A program made the translations under genes and the position numbers. The notes beneath the pieces were generated by a model, which was not told where the DNA came from, made no database searches, and worked only from the letters and a program-made list of their open reading frames with translations. 64,000 bases of DNA, from positions 3,224,001 through 3,288,000 of the forward strand of contig CM068748.1 of assembly GCA_035084275.1 (NCBI GenBank), written 5' to 3'. Numbering within the stretch: the stretch's first letter is position 1; every line of letters begins with the position of its first letter. This document shows positions 23,901-37,100 of this stretch, one piece after another. The stretch is from Hydrolagus colliei (Eukaryota).

Positions 23901-26049
23901 CGTTTGAATTCATTCCCTTTAGAGAGCAGAAAGAGTGAAGTTTTTCTGCAATTGCTGTCAAAAGATCTTTTACTTTCAGCAGGCTGATTCCATTTGTGTT
24001 GCTTGGAGTTGTAAATTGGTCATCATCATCAAAATGAATGTCACCCAGTTGCCAGGCATGAGCAAACTCCTGTCCATTGCCATCAAATGCCCGAGTGCAG
24101 CCCAAGTGTCGGCCTGGAGCAAACAAAAAGAAACAATGATAGTTAAGAGGCATGATCATCCAATCATTGGGTGAACAGTAAACTGTTAATTCTGGTGAAC
24201 TACAAGAAATTGATTGTGAATACTTTGGTTGTCCAGCATTTAACATGCACCATACATTAGTATTTTACGCTTGAGAAATATTAAGACATGTTAATGGAAT
24301 TAATTGGCTGCCAGGTTTCACCCACACAATTATACAGTCAATCCACTTTACAGTATATTCCGTAAAGCTCTTTGAGACACTTTGAAGTCATGATAAGGCA
24401 CTATATCGAATGCAAGGAGGATTATTCTTATTATTTGTATAGCTGATATGCTGCAGATATTGATGTTACCTGTCCCAAAGCCCAGTCGGATGTCAATCAT
24501 TGAGGCAGGGGAATCGACCTCCTCTTCGAACTCTATAGGCGTAACCTCACTCCACATCCTGAAGGCCAACCTCAGTATGTATCTTTGGTCTTCAATGGAG
24601 AGTTGTCTGCTGTAACCCTCTCCCATTAGGCGCCACGTGAGTTTTGATTTTGAGAAGGCTCTGTTCTGAAAATTGGATGTTTGTTCCTGTCTGGGGGAAA
24701 GCAGTAAATGCAGAAAACGTTTCTTCCGCTCTTTGGACATTACAGTTGCATTGGTACCTCCATCACCATCCTCTGTGGTGCCGTTAAAGTTTGTGGTCTG
24801 ATTGAAGTTGGATGTGTCGTTGAGTGGAACTTTCTTATCTGGAACCCCACATCGTGGCTTGTTCATCGCATTCTTTGTTGCTTCATCCAGTTCTCCTGTC
24901 ATAGGTAAGCCATTGACCTCTTGGAACTCCTTCAAAGCCTGTATGTAGACAGTGCTTTTACTTGGCTCTGTCTGAGTGTCTCCCACTTGTCTGGACAATG
25001 AAGATCCCTCTTGGAGCACATCCAGTAGCTCTTTAGGAGCTGGATGCTCATCTGCATTGTTCTGGTCCTCATCAATATCCCATTTCACTTGCTCAGTCCA
25101 CCCGTATTTAGCCAAGTATTTCTATGACAACATAATGTTCAAGGTTCAAGAAATGTGATCGTCAAAATTTAACAGCCATAATATAATTTCAAATTTTGGT
25201 CCAAAATATATTGAGTAGTAAAGGAACAGTTCATTTCAAATTTATTTCTCCCCTGTTTAAGGCAGCTACTTCTAATAATAATATTATAACCCTTGTATTT
25301 GATATAGCACTTTTCACATCTTAGATGTCTCAAAGTGCTTCACAGAACATACGGTAAAGTGAATTCACTATGATTTTGTGGGCGAAATGCAGCAGCAGCC
25401 AATTGCGCACAGCAGTGTCCCACAAACAGTCGTGGATTGAAATAACCAAATTATCATTCTTTTTCTTGAGGGATTATTATCAGGATGGAAACTTGCCCAA
25501 GGTTTCGCCCTGCCTGGAATCGAACCCAGGACTCTCATTTGCAAGGCGAGTGCTCTAACCACTGAGCTACAGGACTCCACAAATGGACTCAGCCATACAT
25601 AATGTGCCATGTGACCTTTAGCCTGTTCTTTCCAATAAAAATAATAGTAATAATCCTTATAATCAGTAACTTGTAAAAATGTTCTCTTAGCCTTGAGATG
25701 CCGTAGTCCTCCCCTCTCCATCCACTACACCATAAAATAACTAAGCCACCATTGACTAGCAATTTTTTTTTAACAAATATAAATAACAAAAGTTATTGCT
25801 GATGAATGCAAACCAGATACACTTTGCTTAAATATATTATATTATTTTATTATATGTATTAATAAATATATAAACTTAGAGATAACATTTTACCTGAGCT
25901 GCCTTCGGATCTAGGATGGGATGAGCCTGTTGTTCTGAGATGGACAGTATATCTGAGTGATCGCGGATATGAAAGAGTTTCTCGCAAGCACCCCATCTAA
26001 TGAGTATAACAGAGGAGAGCAGTCTGAGATGGAAAGCCAGCAGCAGCAT
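20950..26049 (-). CDS. MMP21: Matrix metallopeptidase 21, 7 coding exons, about 606 aa
   Basis: Exons in transcript order: 26049-25894 (signal peptide [11 protein letters not shown]...), 25121-24470 (cysteine switch PRCGVPD, furin site RKKR), 24113-23974, 23423-23282 (zinc motif [11 protein letters not shown], Met-turn SVM), 22466-22209, 22126-21954, 21249-20950 (hemopexin domain, TAA). All junctions are GT-AG and in phase. Confidence 0.96.
24300..24432 (+). mobile_element. tRNA-SINE 3' fragment in MMP21 intron 2
   Basis: AATTGGCTGC...ACAGTCAATCCACTTTACAGTATATTC...AATGCAAGGAGGATTATT. Confidence 0.75.
25274..25578 (-). mobile_element. tRNA-derived SINE, full length, in MMP21 intron 1
   Basis: Reverse complement begins GGAGTCCTGTAGCTCAGTGGTTAGAGC (A box) ...GGGTTCGATTCC (B box), followed by body and (TTA)n tail. 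Confidence 0.9.
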
Positions 26050-27804
26050 GGCAACAGTATCTGGTGAATTGGATCTGCTGTGGGAAATGAGAGAAGCACG
26101 TGGATTTTATATGTTGCTGGCCGCATAATTCATTTCCTTCTAACCTGCCTGCAAACCAAATTTTTTTTCCATCTGTTGGGCACAGGTCGTTAAATCTTCT
26201 AAATAATTCTGGAAACTGGCAACATTTAACACCCACATGATATATTTACAGGAAGAAACAAAACAACACTTTAAAGAGCTTATGCATTTTTTTTTTAAGA
26301 AAACTGGGAGCCCTGTGATTAATATTTGCAATTTATTCTCTATTAACAAGAGATTAGCTTTTGAATCCTCCATAAATTGTGAAGCAATCATTAATGTGAG
26401 CACTATATTGAAATAAATTGACTTTAGACTCATCTATTTCTCATGTGTTATTTCACTGAAAATGTGTTTTGGGGGCAACAACCACTTCAAAATGCCCTGC
26501 CCTTTACCTTAATTAAAATGCACATGTAATGACAAATCAAATACCACCTCCATCTTGCTTTTAAGTTGCCTTGAAGATCGCAGATACGTATAGAAATGCA
26601 GTTGGTGAATCATTCAGTAAATATTAAGACAGCTGAACAAGGCTGTAGAATAGGTAGTATCTCCTTACCTCGGTGTAAAAGTGTTAATGTCGAGTGTTGA
26701 CTGGAGTTACAGGGTAAATTTGCTCAGCTGCGGAAAGTAGTGTGGATCCATTCATTCTCTTTTCTCCGTTTGCAAATCACATCAAGAATGTAATGACAAA
26801 CAGCACCCTCAGATCTGCTGTGCCTGTTCCACTACAAATCTACCATTGTGTGTGATATTATTGTTTGACAAATATCAGCTGCTAGGACATCAGGTCTGTT
26901 TTCCAAACTATCAGATTGTTGTCAAGACGTAAGCATAGCAGAACAAAAAAAAGGAAGAAACAAAGAAAAGACACCAATGAATAATTAAATATACTAATTC
27001 TTACTACGGTAAGAATTTTAGCTGAAATGTAAGAATTCTGTAAATAATTAACAACCTGTTATTAAAGGTATTGGAATCTCCCATCGCATCAACAACATCA
27101 GTTCAACTGAGTTTGGAATCATTGGTTGTCACTTGCAGAGAGAATCTGGGCTGTTCTAATGTATAATGTACTATATCAACAGGACTTTTCATGTTTTATC
27201 ACCAGTAAAACACACACTACTGACTGTGAAACATTTATTACTAATAATAATCCTTGCATTTGATATAGCACTTTATCAGGATGCTGAGGCGCTTGAGTAC
27301 TTTGAGACGACTTGATGACACGATATGTCAGACGCAACGATTATTATAAATGCAAAAAAAACAAATGCAAGGATTTGTATACTGTAAGTACAAGTTTGTG
27401 ATATTTTACTTACTTTTCACCAAATCAAATCATACTTTTAAGGTGATGTTTAAATCCAATGTGAAACGAGTCTGAACTGTTTCAACCACAAAACAATCTG
27501 GAATTTGGTACAGCCTGTGCTGTGAATGCCATTCAGAGGTCATATCATAAGGTTGATTAGGTGCCAGAAGTAGAATAGACACGCTGGTCTGTTGGTGTCT
27601 GTTTCTTTAGCTAGGCCAGAGGCACAATTGTGTGTGTGTTTGTGTGTTAGACACATGCACAGAATTATATATACAGAGCAGTGTCAGTGATAAAATAGCA
27701 ATGAACTGAAACTGACCAAAAAAATAGACCACTTTGTTTTAGAAAGCAATGCAAAACAAAACCCACTCCCACGCCTAATAATCGGTTCCCCCCCAAAATG
27801 AAAA

Positions 27805-27972
27805 AGTTGGTCATTTCAATCCAGTGGGACACCTCTGTGCGCAATTGGTTGTCGCGTTTCGCCCACAAATATAGTTAATTCACTTTACAGAATATTCTGT
27901 GAAGCGCTTTGAGACATCAATAAGATGTGAAAAGCACTACATCAAATGCAAGGATTATTATTATTATTATAG
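27805..27972 (+). mobile_element. tRNA-SINE 3' fragment
   Basis: GGTCATTTCAATCC...GTGAAGCGCTTTGAGAC...ATCAAATGCAAGGATTATTATTATT. Confidence 0.8.
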
Positions 27973-28579
27973 AATAGGGGGAACTTTACTCTGCATCTGT
28001 ATCTGACTGTACCTGACATGGGAGTGCTTAGTAGTGGAAAAAAATTAGAAATGTGTTCCATTACCATGAACGGATAGTTCACGCCTTGGTGATCAAAAGA
28101 ATTCACAAAGCATAAACAACTTTTCCAGCCTTGGCCTTTTAACCTAAACTTGCTCACTTATCAACTGCTGAGGCAATATTTTTGCATTGCAGCTTTGAAA
28201 AACACTCAATAAAAATAACTGATTCATTAGGCTTGCTTCCATTGGGTGTGTTTTCTTCCTGTTCCGTGCCCCTTTCATCTGAACTAAACAGCTGGTTGCA
28301 CAGGAATGCTAATACATGGTGGGAGACGGTTAAATGTAGGTAATGAATAAAGCAAGAAGCTGAGCATGGTTCAAAGCAATGAGTCCAATGCTTTGGAATA
28401 ATCTTCATTCAGCAGTGGAGACCGCAATGGGGAACAAACCCAATTGCAACCCAGCTTCATTTCATATAGTTCCAGAACACAATCATATCTACTGTAGGAC
28501 ATGTATATAATGTGAATAAATTACATTTCTCCAATTACTCCCATCTTTAATGTTTCCTTCCAGGATCTGTTTCCAACAA

Positions 28580-28885
28580 GAGTAATTCACGTTTCTAAAG
28601 TGCCTTTCATGTTGAGCGAATGCCTCAAAGCGCTTCAGACAGCTGACTGGGAGCCTAAGTTGGGGTAAATGTTGACCACAATTACAGTTGACAAGATAGG
28701 TCTTAAGGTGGGTTTTGAAGGCAGAGAGTGGGGAGGAGGAGAATGGACTCTGGAATGGAATTCCTGACAGATAGAGCCCACCAATGGTGAGATATTTGGG
28801 GAGAACATGAAGCAGGCTGAGTGCAGGAAGTAGCCACAGAGGTAGAGTTACAGAAGGTTTCAGAGGGCTCAGTGGAGTAAGGCTG
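28580..28885 (-). mobile_element. Degraded L2 LINE 3' end
   Basis: Minus-strand translations give RNSIPESI and SAFKTHLKTYL (L2 ORF2 end), followed by the AAGCGCTTTGAGG stem-loop. Confidence 0.7.
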
Positions 28886-29168
28886 TAATAATCCTTGCAT
28901 TTGATATAGTGCTTTTCACATCTTCTAGGCGTCTCAAAGCGCTTCACAGAATATACTGCAAAGTGAATTGACTATATTTGTGGCAGCCAATCGCGAAGAG
29001 CAGTGTCCCATAAACAGTCGTGGATTGAAATGGCCAGTTTATTATTTTTTTTCTTGAATGTTTATTGTCAGGCGTGCAGGGTAAGGAAACTTGAAGGTTT
29101 CGCCTGGAAATGAACCCAGACCTCTCACTTGTAAGGCGAGTGCTCTAACCACTGAGTTACAGGACTCT
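28886..29168 (-). mobile_element. tRNA-derived SINE, full length
   Basis: Same head, body and tail as 25274-25578. Confidence 0.88.
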
Positions 29169-30269
29169 AGCTATAGAATTTTTTCAGCTAGATGATCTTG
29201 TTTTAAAATCACTATTTTAATAATTCTCAAATGTCAGGCAAATAAATTGAATACAAAGCGACAAAGCGTGTTTATTTTGAAATTGATTATTTTTACTGTG
29301 AAGAAACTGTGTAAACGGAGGAGGAAAATGATCAGATTGTGCCTTCTATACAAACTATTTAAAATATTTATCTTAAGGTTTTTGATTGCACATGATAATC
29401 CATTAGATTGCTTAGGATCCGGAGGAAAAAATACAAAAAAATACAATTACCCAATAATACATGCACAAAGGAAAGTCTTTGCTTGCACAAATATAAATTT
29501 AGATTTTAAATTCCAGTATTGTTGTTGTTGATCAGCTATCAGTTGATGGATATGAAAGTGAGAATGCAAATTTTGAAATTGATTTGCTGGTGGATGGGGA
29601 GCCAATGGAATTATTCCCAGTTTCTCACTAGTTAAAAGAATTTACACAGTGATAAAAGTTTATTGAAAAGTGCATTCACAATCGATTTTACTCATAACAA
29701 AATGCATCCTTCAGTATACAATACACTACAGTACTTCCATTATAAAAACACAATTGGATGATTCACAGCTAGAACATAAGAGGCGTCCAACATTGAGCAA
29801 GGTGAAGTATTTTGAAACCAGTTTACTGTGACTTCCAGATCAAGTACGTGAGTCAAGTCCTCAACACACTTGATTTACAACCAGCATTTATTTCTTTATA
29901 ACTTAGATTTGTAGATGTTTGAACTTTTTTAATGTCAGAAGTTTTCTTCATATGTTAAAATCAGGGAAAGATATATACTTTTTTAAAAATGTCTATGGGT
30001 ACCCAAGACAGCAGACATATCAAAAGACCCACAGAACTAAATTTGTCTGCGTATCTGTGCTGTAACGCTCTATGAAATTCTATTTAAATGCACCTGTCGA
30101 TGAGAATCAAGAAAGAAGTCCAATAAAAAGCTAAGAAATGGACAAAAATTAAAGCAAGAGAGAAATACAAGGATGAATCCAAATAAAATAAAGCTTGTAC
30201 AACAGGCAGGTAAATTATTTGCAGTGAACAGAAATTCAGAATTCAGTGTTTGTGAGTTGCTCGCTGTTT

Positions 30270-30450
30270 GTTAGCCCTAAGATATGAGCCACCTGAAAAT
30301 AGGCAGACAAGACCTCACCTGAAAGACTGGGTGTCCAGAAATACTGTACCTCATCAATGGCCTATCACCCTGAACAATGAGCTCCATGATAATTGAATCC
30401 ACAGCCTTCTGATAAGTGCTACCAAAATACCTATTGAATGAGTCAAGCTG
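30270..30450 (-). mobile_element. Degraded Deu-domain SINE fragment
   Basis: CCACCTGAA...GGCAGACAAGACCTCACCTGAAAGAC, similar to 2530-2590. Confidence 0.5.
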
Positions 30451-31132
30451 CCACAATACAATTTAGACTTGATACGGCATTATCACTTCCAGTAGTGGAT
30501 AGATGAACAATGGAAAGTGCTAAAACAAAATGGCATCTTTTTTATTCTTCACTCCTCTCTAAAATGAAGCATTAGAATACATTGAATACATAAATAACTT
30601 AGACTCCATAAGAAAGTTTTCTTCACTGTGCCTTGATGTAGTCACCAGGAAGGAATCCTTTCCTGAAATGCTTAAATTTGACACTAATTTCCTTGCCGCT
30701 CTCTAACCTCAATCATTCACGATTCATACTGATCACAAACTGCTGGTACATTTTGCTCTCCGGTATATAAGAACTATTTATTGCAGCTGTGCCAGACATT
30801 CTGTTTTTTTTAATCAAATTTGTAATATCAAAAATATAAAGATTTGTATTAATCTGTACACATCTTTGGTGTGTATAGATTACTATTGAGGAACTCTAAC
30901 AGTGCAAGGCAATTTTAAATTTTGTCCCTTTTTTTTGTATTTGATGACAGCTAAGTGGCTAAGCTGTTTTACTTCCCAAAGTGGTTTTTAGCTTTCTTAA
31001 GAAATTGCGACACACTTCATGTGTTGTGCCTTAAATTCCGGGACCCAATTTTTTTTAAAGGAAAATCAATCAATTGTCAAGCAAATAGTCTGTTAAACCA
31101 AGAGCAACTCTTTGTAAGTAGGCACTCCACGG

Positions 31133-34100
31133 TTATTGCAAGATGCTTTGTATACTAATTGCTAAATCATGTGGTGTAGGCTTTCCAGCAGTGCAGCTCA
31201 CAGTCAGTCCAGCTGCTTCCATGGCATCAGCTGTTGTGGGTCCTATGGCAGCAAACTGTAATACAAATACAAGTCAGTATAAAATGATCCTGTTTTTCAC
31301 TAATCACTGAAAGTGTAGAAATCGAGCAACAGTATCGAAAGTTTAATAGCTCGACATCTACTGCAGTATTGTATTCAAAGCAAATTGAAAGAATATATAG
31401 GCACTATTAGAACAGTTTTTTGTTTATACAGTATATAATATATATATATATGCAACTTTAAAACTGAACTCATTGTAAACACTGTCGCCATAAGCTAACT
31501 AAACAGATGTGCAAATATAAGGCTGTTGTGTGAGATGCAGTCACTGTCTGACCATAAACCCTGGAAGGTTACAGGTTCAATTTCCATCGAATTAGCTGCT
31601 GTCATCCAGCGTATTAATGTGGCTTATACAATTGGTCTTAAACAATGAAGAAAACAGAAGAAATAAAGCTATTTAAATAATCAGAACGTTTTTTTTAAAT
31701 GATTTAAAGCTTACTTCCATCTTATGGTTTGCAAAACTAAAATCAGATTTTCTGTCTTCAAATTAACCTGTACCTTTTCAAAGGGTCAGTAACGTACATA
31801 ATAAGACTTCCTCTGATCATCATAAAACCCCATTATAAACAAGTAACAAGAAGGTAGCTAAGTGTTACATTTTATGCAGCTCATAGGTTGAATATACAAA
31901 CTTTATTAATGAGATAAGACAATCTGAATCTGAACATATGTGAGTTTCTTCACAGAAATTGTACCTTGATTTGATCAAGAAGTTGTCCCGATAGCTGCTT
32001 AATTACATTCAGGCAAAACTTGATACCAGAAGGACTGAAGAAGGCAATACTATTTGGGATTCCCTGTTGGGAGCATAAGAAAGAAAAACAAGTGAAATGG
32101 TCCTGACTACTAACAAGGTGGGTGCTGAATTAACTGCCAAGAAGCAGGGGGTGATAGGTTCAACAAGACAATGTTCTTACCCAAATAATGTAATGAGGGG
32201 GGCAATTCTCTCCACGTGGCAATAAATATAAAAAAGGTGCATTGAGGATAATATCCAGATTTCTCATTATAAAACACATGCTTTCAATAATATACTCTCA
32301 CCAACATGTAGAGCATCTGCCCTCATCATAGTTTGCTTCTCTGCAGAGGACGAGTTAAGGATTGGCAAGAACTCAGACAATGTGTGGCAGACAAAACACC
32401 AGCCTTTATAAAGCAGGCCCTATAGTACAACATTTTATTCTAGAAGGCATAACTGAGAACAGTAAGCCAACAGTTCCGAAATCTCAAGTTTCAAACCAGT
32501 TTGAACAGAAGTTTAAAAAGAGACAGAATGGGAACACAAGAACATTGGGGATCAGAAAAGATCACCTTAATCCCTCACATTTCACTACGACAGTTCACAG
32601 TTTACTGAAATGATCAGCTATTGTACAGAATGAAGTGGCCTGTGGACATATACCATACCTGTTTTGAAAAATAATTACTCAAAGCCTGCTGGATGTGAGG
32701 ATGTTCAGTTGTCCGATAAACTGTGATGCCCTCCAAAGGTACACCTGAAATTGCAACAAGCATTTGTAAAATGTAGACAAATTGTAAATATTATTAAATG
32801 AAGAGAAACCATAACACTGTATTGATAAATGTTTATATTTTCCTACAAATCCTTGAAGTTCCAATATTCGCCCACATATAACAGTCAATTCACTTTACAA
32901 TATATTCTATGAGGCGCTTTGAGATTTCTAGAAGATATGAAAAGCACCATATCAAATGCAAGGTTTATTATTATTATTATTACTCCAGGGCTTTACTTTT
33001 TAAATACAGTAGTTTACACACACACAAAATGTCTTTATCCATTTTAAGATACTTTAATTGTTTCAAGTCTAGAATGCCAATGAAAGTAACACACGAGGAA
33101 GACACACATCTATTGGATTCAAAGCAGCAGTACTTACCCTTTTCGTTTAGACATTTAGGAAGTGTTTCTCTTTTTAATGAACCACAAGGAAAAAGCAGAG
33201 GCAGAGAATCTGAAGATTTTTCTGCAGAAAACAGGAACACAATTTAGAATTACAACAAGGGCCTCTGATAGTTTTTGTGGTACCACAAATAATTAAAAGT
33301 AATACTTTGATGGTTTCTGTTCAAATCAAATGATTCGCCAACAAAGACTCAGTCTTGCATTGCAATGCGATGCAAAAAAACAATGCTTTTGGAAAACTAC
33401 TAATTCATAGTTGCAACAGCTGAAAGCTCAATCTAAGAGAGAAGGGAGCACCTAATTTGAGGGACACACTTGATACAATCCACTAGCCAGGAGTTTTTTT
33501 TATTGGGGTGGTGGGGTGGGGGAGGAGGTGTCCATAGATCCCAATGCACCTTATAATGGTGCCGATATAACTGGCCAGTGCCTCCACATTCACTGTACGT
33601 GCACATCACAGAAAATGAAATCGACAGTGACCTGAAGACGTGGAAGTCAGCTATTTTCGAGCCAACATGCAAGGGCGTGCAAGGCCCGGTCATTGGGGTC
33701 CGCGCTCAATTCGCACTATAACCGAACCAGGGCTAGAATGAAGTGTGTAAAAACACGGTTTGATTTTATATGAGGATCGAGTGAAAATGACTTCAGGCCA
33801 AACTGTGATACACTCGTGATTAAATAGTCTACTGGCATCCATGGACTAGGCTCACACGTGAAGATTGGTCACGTGGGTAGAGACGCAGAGGGATGCTTGA
33901 GCCCATCGTACCATTTCTTACAAGAGTCTGTGCTTTCAGAGAAGAAAAAAAACAAACTTTAAAAAAAATGTAGTAAGGAAGCTTCTTAATGAAAACGCTG
34001 AGGTACATTTCACTTACTGTTGCAGATGTACACAGCTAGTTTTTCTGCATTTCCAGAATCTTCTCCTTGTGTTGCAAGCCCAATTTCATTAACTGCAAGA

Positions 34101-37100
34101 AATCCCCCCCAAAAAAATTGATAAGATTTTCCTTTATTGTTTTCAGGTACTGTGTCTACTTTCTTATAAGGTCCTCAGACACAGTGTGCTACTGTTACAT
34201 GAAATCATAATTTTCCAATTCGTGAGAGTTTAAATTTCTGGTTGAGCAATTTTCACGCTTCAGAATTATTAAAAAATCTTAGCATATTTAAAGATGATGG
34301 GCTCACAATGTTGTAGGCAATGCTGCTCTCTCTCTTCTGATATTTTAGTGGCCTGTTTAATGTTGCATAACTAGGCCCACTGTGACCTCTTCATAATTTT
34401 TTACTGTTATAGATTGCTGTGTTGGGATTTTAACCAGTATCCACTATTCCCATTCAGAACCTTTACTGAAGACCATTCTAGTTAATAATGGATGTGTATG
34501 TGCACAATACCCTTCACCGAAGCTGCAATAATAATCATCATTTTATTTAATATAGTGCCTCCACATTTAGAGGACATCTTGAAGGATTTTTACTGTAAAG
34601 CCTAGCGACTATGTATTTTTAGAGTGAATAGGAATTGCTGTGTTTAACCCTTGTGACCCGCCACCAGTTGCAGAGAAATGTCTCATTTGGCTGAATAATT
34701 TCAAAACATACTCACTGAAAGCAACAACAATCTAAAATTCTATTATTCTAAAATATGTTGACAGCCTGTTGGAGAAAAACCAGTTCACTGATCTTAACTC
34801 TTTAGGTTCCGAAATAACTGATGATACTATATTAGCTGAAGCTGATTTTATTCTTACTTATGCAAGCACGCACTACAAAACGTTACAACAGAACAGAACA
34901 ATACTACCAGGCGTTTGCTTCTGTACCTGGCCCTTCCCTGCCTGTAAAACAGAACAACTGGAACCATGCTACCTGTTCCAGTGGTTCTGGACAACAGTGG
35001 CAGGCTGGAGATCTCGATTTCCACCTTGAGACTCTTCCCCAACTGTTGTAATGAGCCACTCTTTCTCTCCTATCTTTATACTTCTCCACCAGCCTCGCTT
35101 ATCCTGACTAGCAGAGCGGTTCTCAAACACCTCCCCATCTACCCAGGCCTATTTTGTCTGCCTCTTCGCTTACCCCGTGATTTCTCACCTTTGGGAAGAC
35201 AAAGCGTAGCCTTTATTGATATCTTTAATGGAACATGTTTTCTGTTCTCCGTCCTTTACACTTATCATATCTACTACAACTGGTGCCAACCTGGCTATAT
35301 TCAGTTCTTTTAGATAGGGCTGGTTTCTGCAATTCTGCAGCCTTCATAGTTTAAACCTAAATTTATCATGTTAGACTACTTATTATAAACATTGATTTAC
35401 TTATTAAACATAAAATAAACCTAATGATTCGACTAAACCCAACAAACCCAACCCTTCGATTCTTAAGCAAACAGCTTTTGTGAAAGCAAATCCTACATCT
35501 CAAAATGTCCTTTTCATTCAGGGTCATACATTTACAAATCAAAGTCACCACTTTGTTCAATTTCACTGCTTGCAAACATGCAGATTAATTATTTTTGACG
35601 GCCATATGCTTCAACGCCAAGCATGCAGCATTTAAATAAACAATTTACTCTCTTCAAACTAAAGAAACAAAAGCAGAAGAAGAGTAGGGCGACTGTGCTA
35701 TGTTGGAGGAAATGTGCGAGGAGCAACATCAAAGCTGATTGCGAACAGTCCCATTGTGTGCACAGGAACATTAGCCAAATGCGGAGTGTACTCTTGATCA
35801 TTTATTTGTCTTTATGTTTGGTGAATTGAGATATTGGGTTGAATTCCCATCTCTGCTGCAATAAACAGGTTATTAGAGACCATGTCACAGCATAGTCTGT
35901 GTTTTGGTTACATCAAGAAGATGGATTGCTCCACCCCACCTTTCCTTTCATGTCGTTAAAATAACCACCCACTCGAACAGATCAGAATGCAAAGCCTTTC
36001 AGCTGCTTCCTTCATGTGGCAATGAGTGTACTTTGCAAAGTCTTGTGTATTTGTGCTGCGAATATCTCCCAAGAAGGTAAAACTCTTTGTGTTCACCGTT
36101 CCAACCCCTGCTTTCAAACAATGTCTTGTTTGGCCGAAAGTACATTCAGCTACGTTTTCTTTTCAGATTCATTAGATTAGATTTAACTTTGAATGCCTTG
36201 CAAAGTTAGACAATGCAGGGGAAAGGGAAATTTCAGCACCTTGTGACGTCCTCCCGACCCGAAAGATGCTATACAAATGTTATTTTGTTGTTGTTGTGGA
36301 ATAGAGGAAAACAAACTGGTCTGTCCTAACATACACCAATTATTGGATAACTATGTCCTGGATTATATCTTAGACAAACCAGCCCTATGATGGAGGAGAG
36401 CTCAGTGATGGTATTTAGAGGCAGTGTGGAGAGAGCGAGAGCATGGAGACGATGGGGTAGACCATAGGAAAGAGTATAGAGTGAGAATGAGTTGAAGTAG
36501 AGAATAGTAAGGAGTTAATATGAAGACAAATAGAGAGTAAATAGAAGGACATACAGACTGTGGAGGAAATAGAAATTTGGAGAAAATAGAAATGGAACAT
36601 TTTGGAACAAGACAGCATGAATGGAAAGAGTCCACAGGGGTTGAGAAGATGGATAAAACACGACTGTAGATAAAAAAAAGTTAGTTGAGAATTCTAGTAT
36701 TTGTGTCCCTCTAACGTATAAGACAATGGTTTACAGGGAAAGAGCAGAGAATTGGTATACTGTAAATAATAATAATAATCCGTGCATTTGGTATAGTGGC
36801 TTATCACATCAGAAGGACATCTTAAAGTGTTTCACAGGATTTACAGTGAAATGAGGTGACTGTGTACTTGTCGGCAAACGCGGCAGCAGAATTGCTCACA
36901 GCAATAAAACAAGGCTCTACTATCCAGGCTGTAACAGTTCCATCAAATGTAAATAATAATAATATAATATTAATCCTTGCATTTGATATAACGCTTTTCA
37001 CATCTTCCAGACGTCTCAAAGCGCTACACAGAATATACTGTAAATTGAATTGACTGTATATTTGTGGGTGAAATCTTTAATTACAATTTAGGTGTGCTCA

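Noticed and set aside
26669-26846. Alternative coding first exon for MMP21 from the ATG at 26846
   Set aside because: It stops after four codons; the signal-peptide exon is 26049-25894.
34860-35313. Cluster of overlapping ORFs in a UROS intron
   Set aside because: No in-phase exon structure. It is probably a degraded LINE remnant (AGDLDFHL resembles the endonuclease GDFNxH motif), but support is too weak to annotate.
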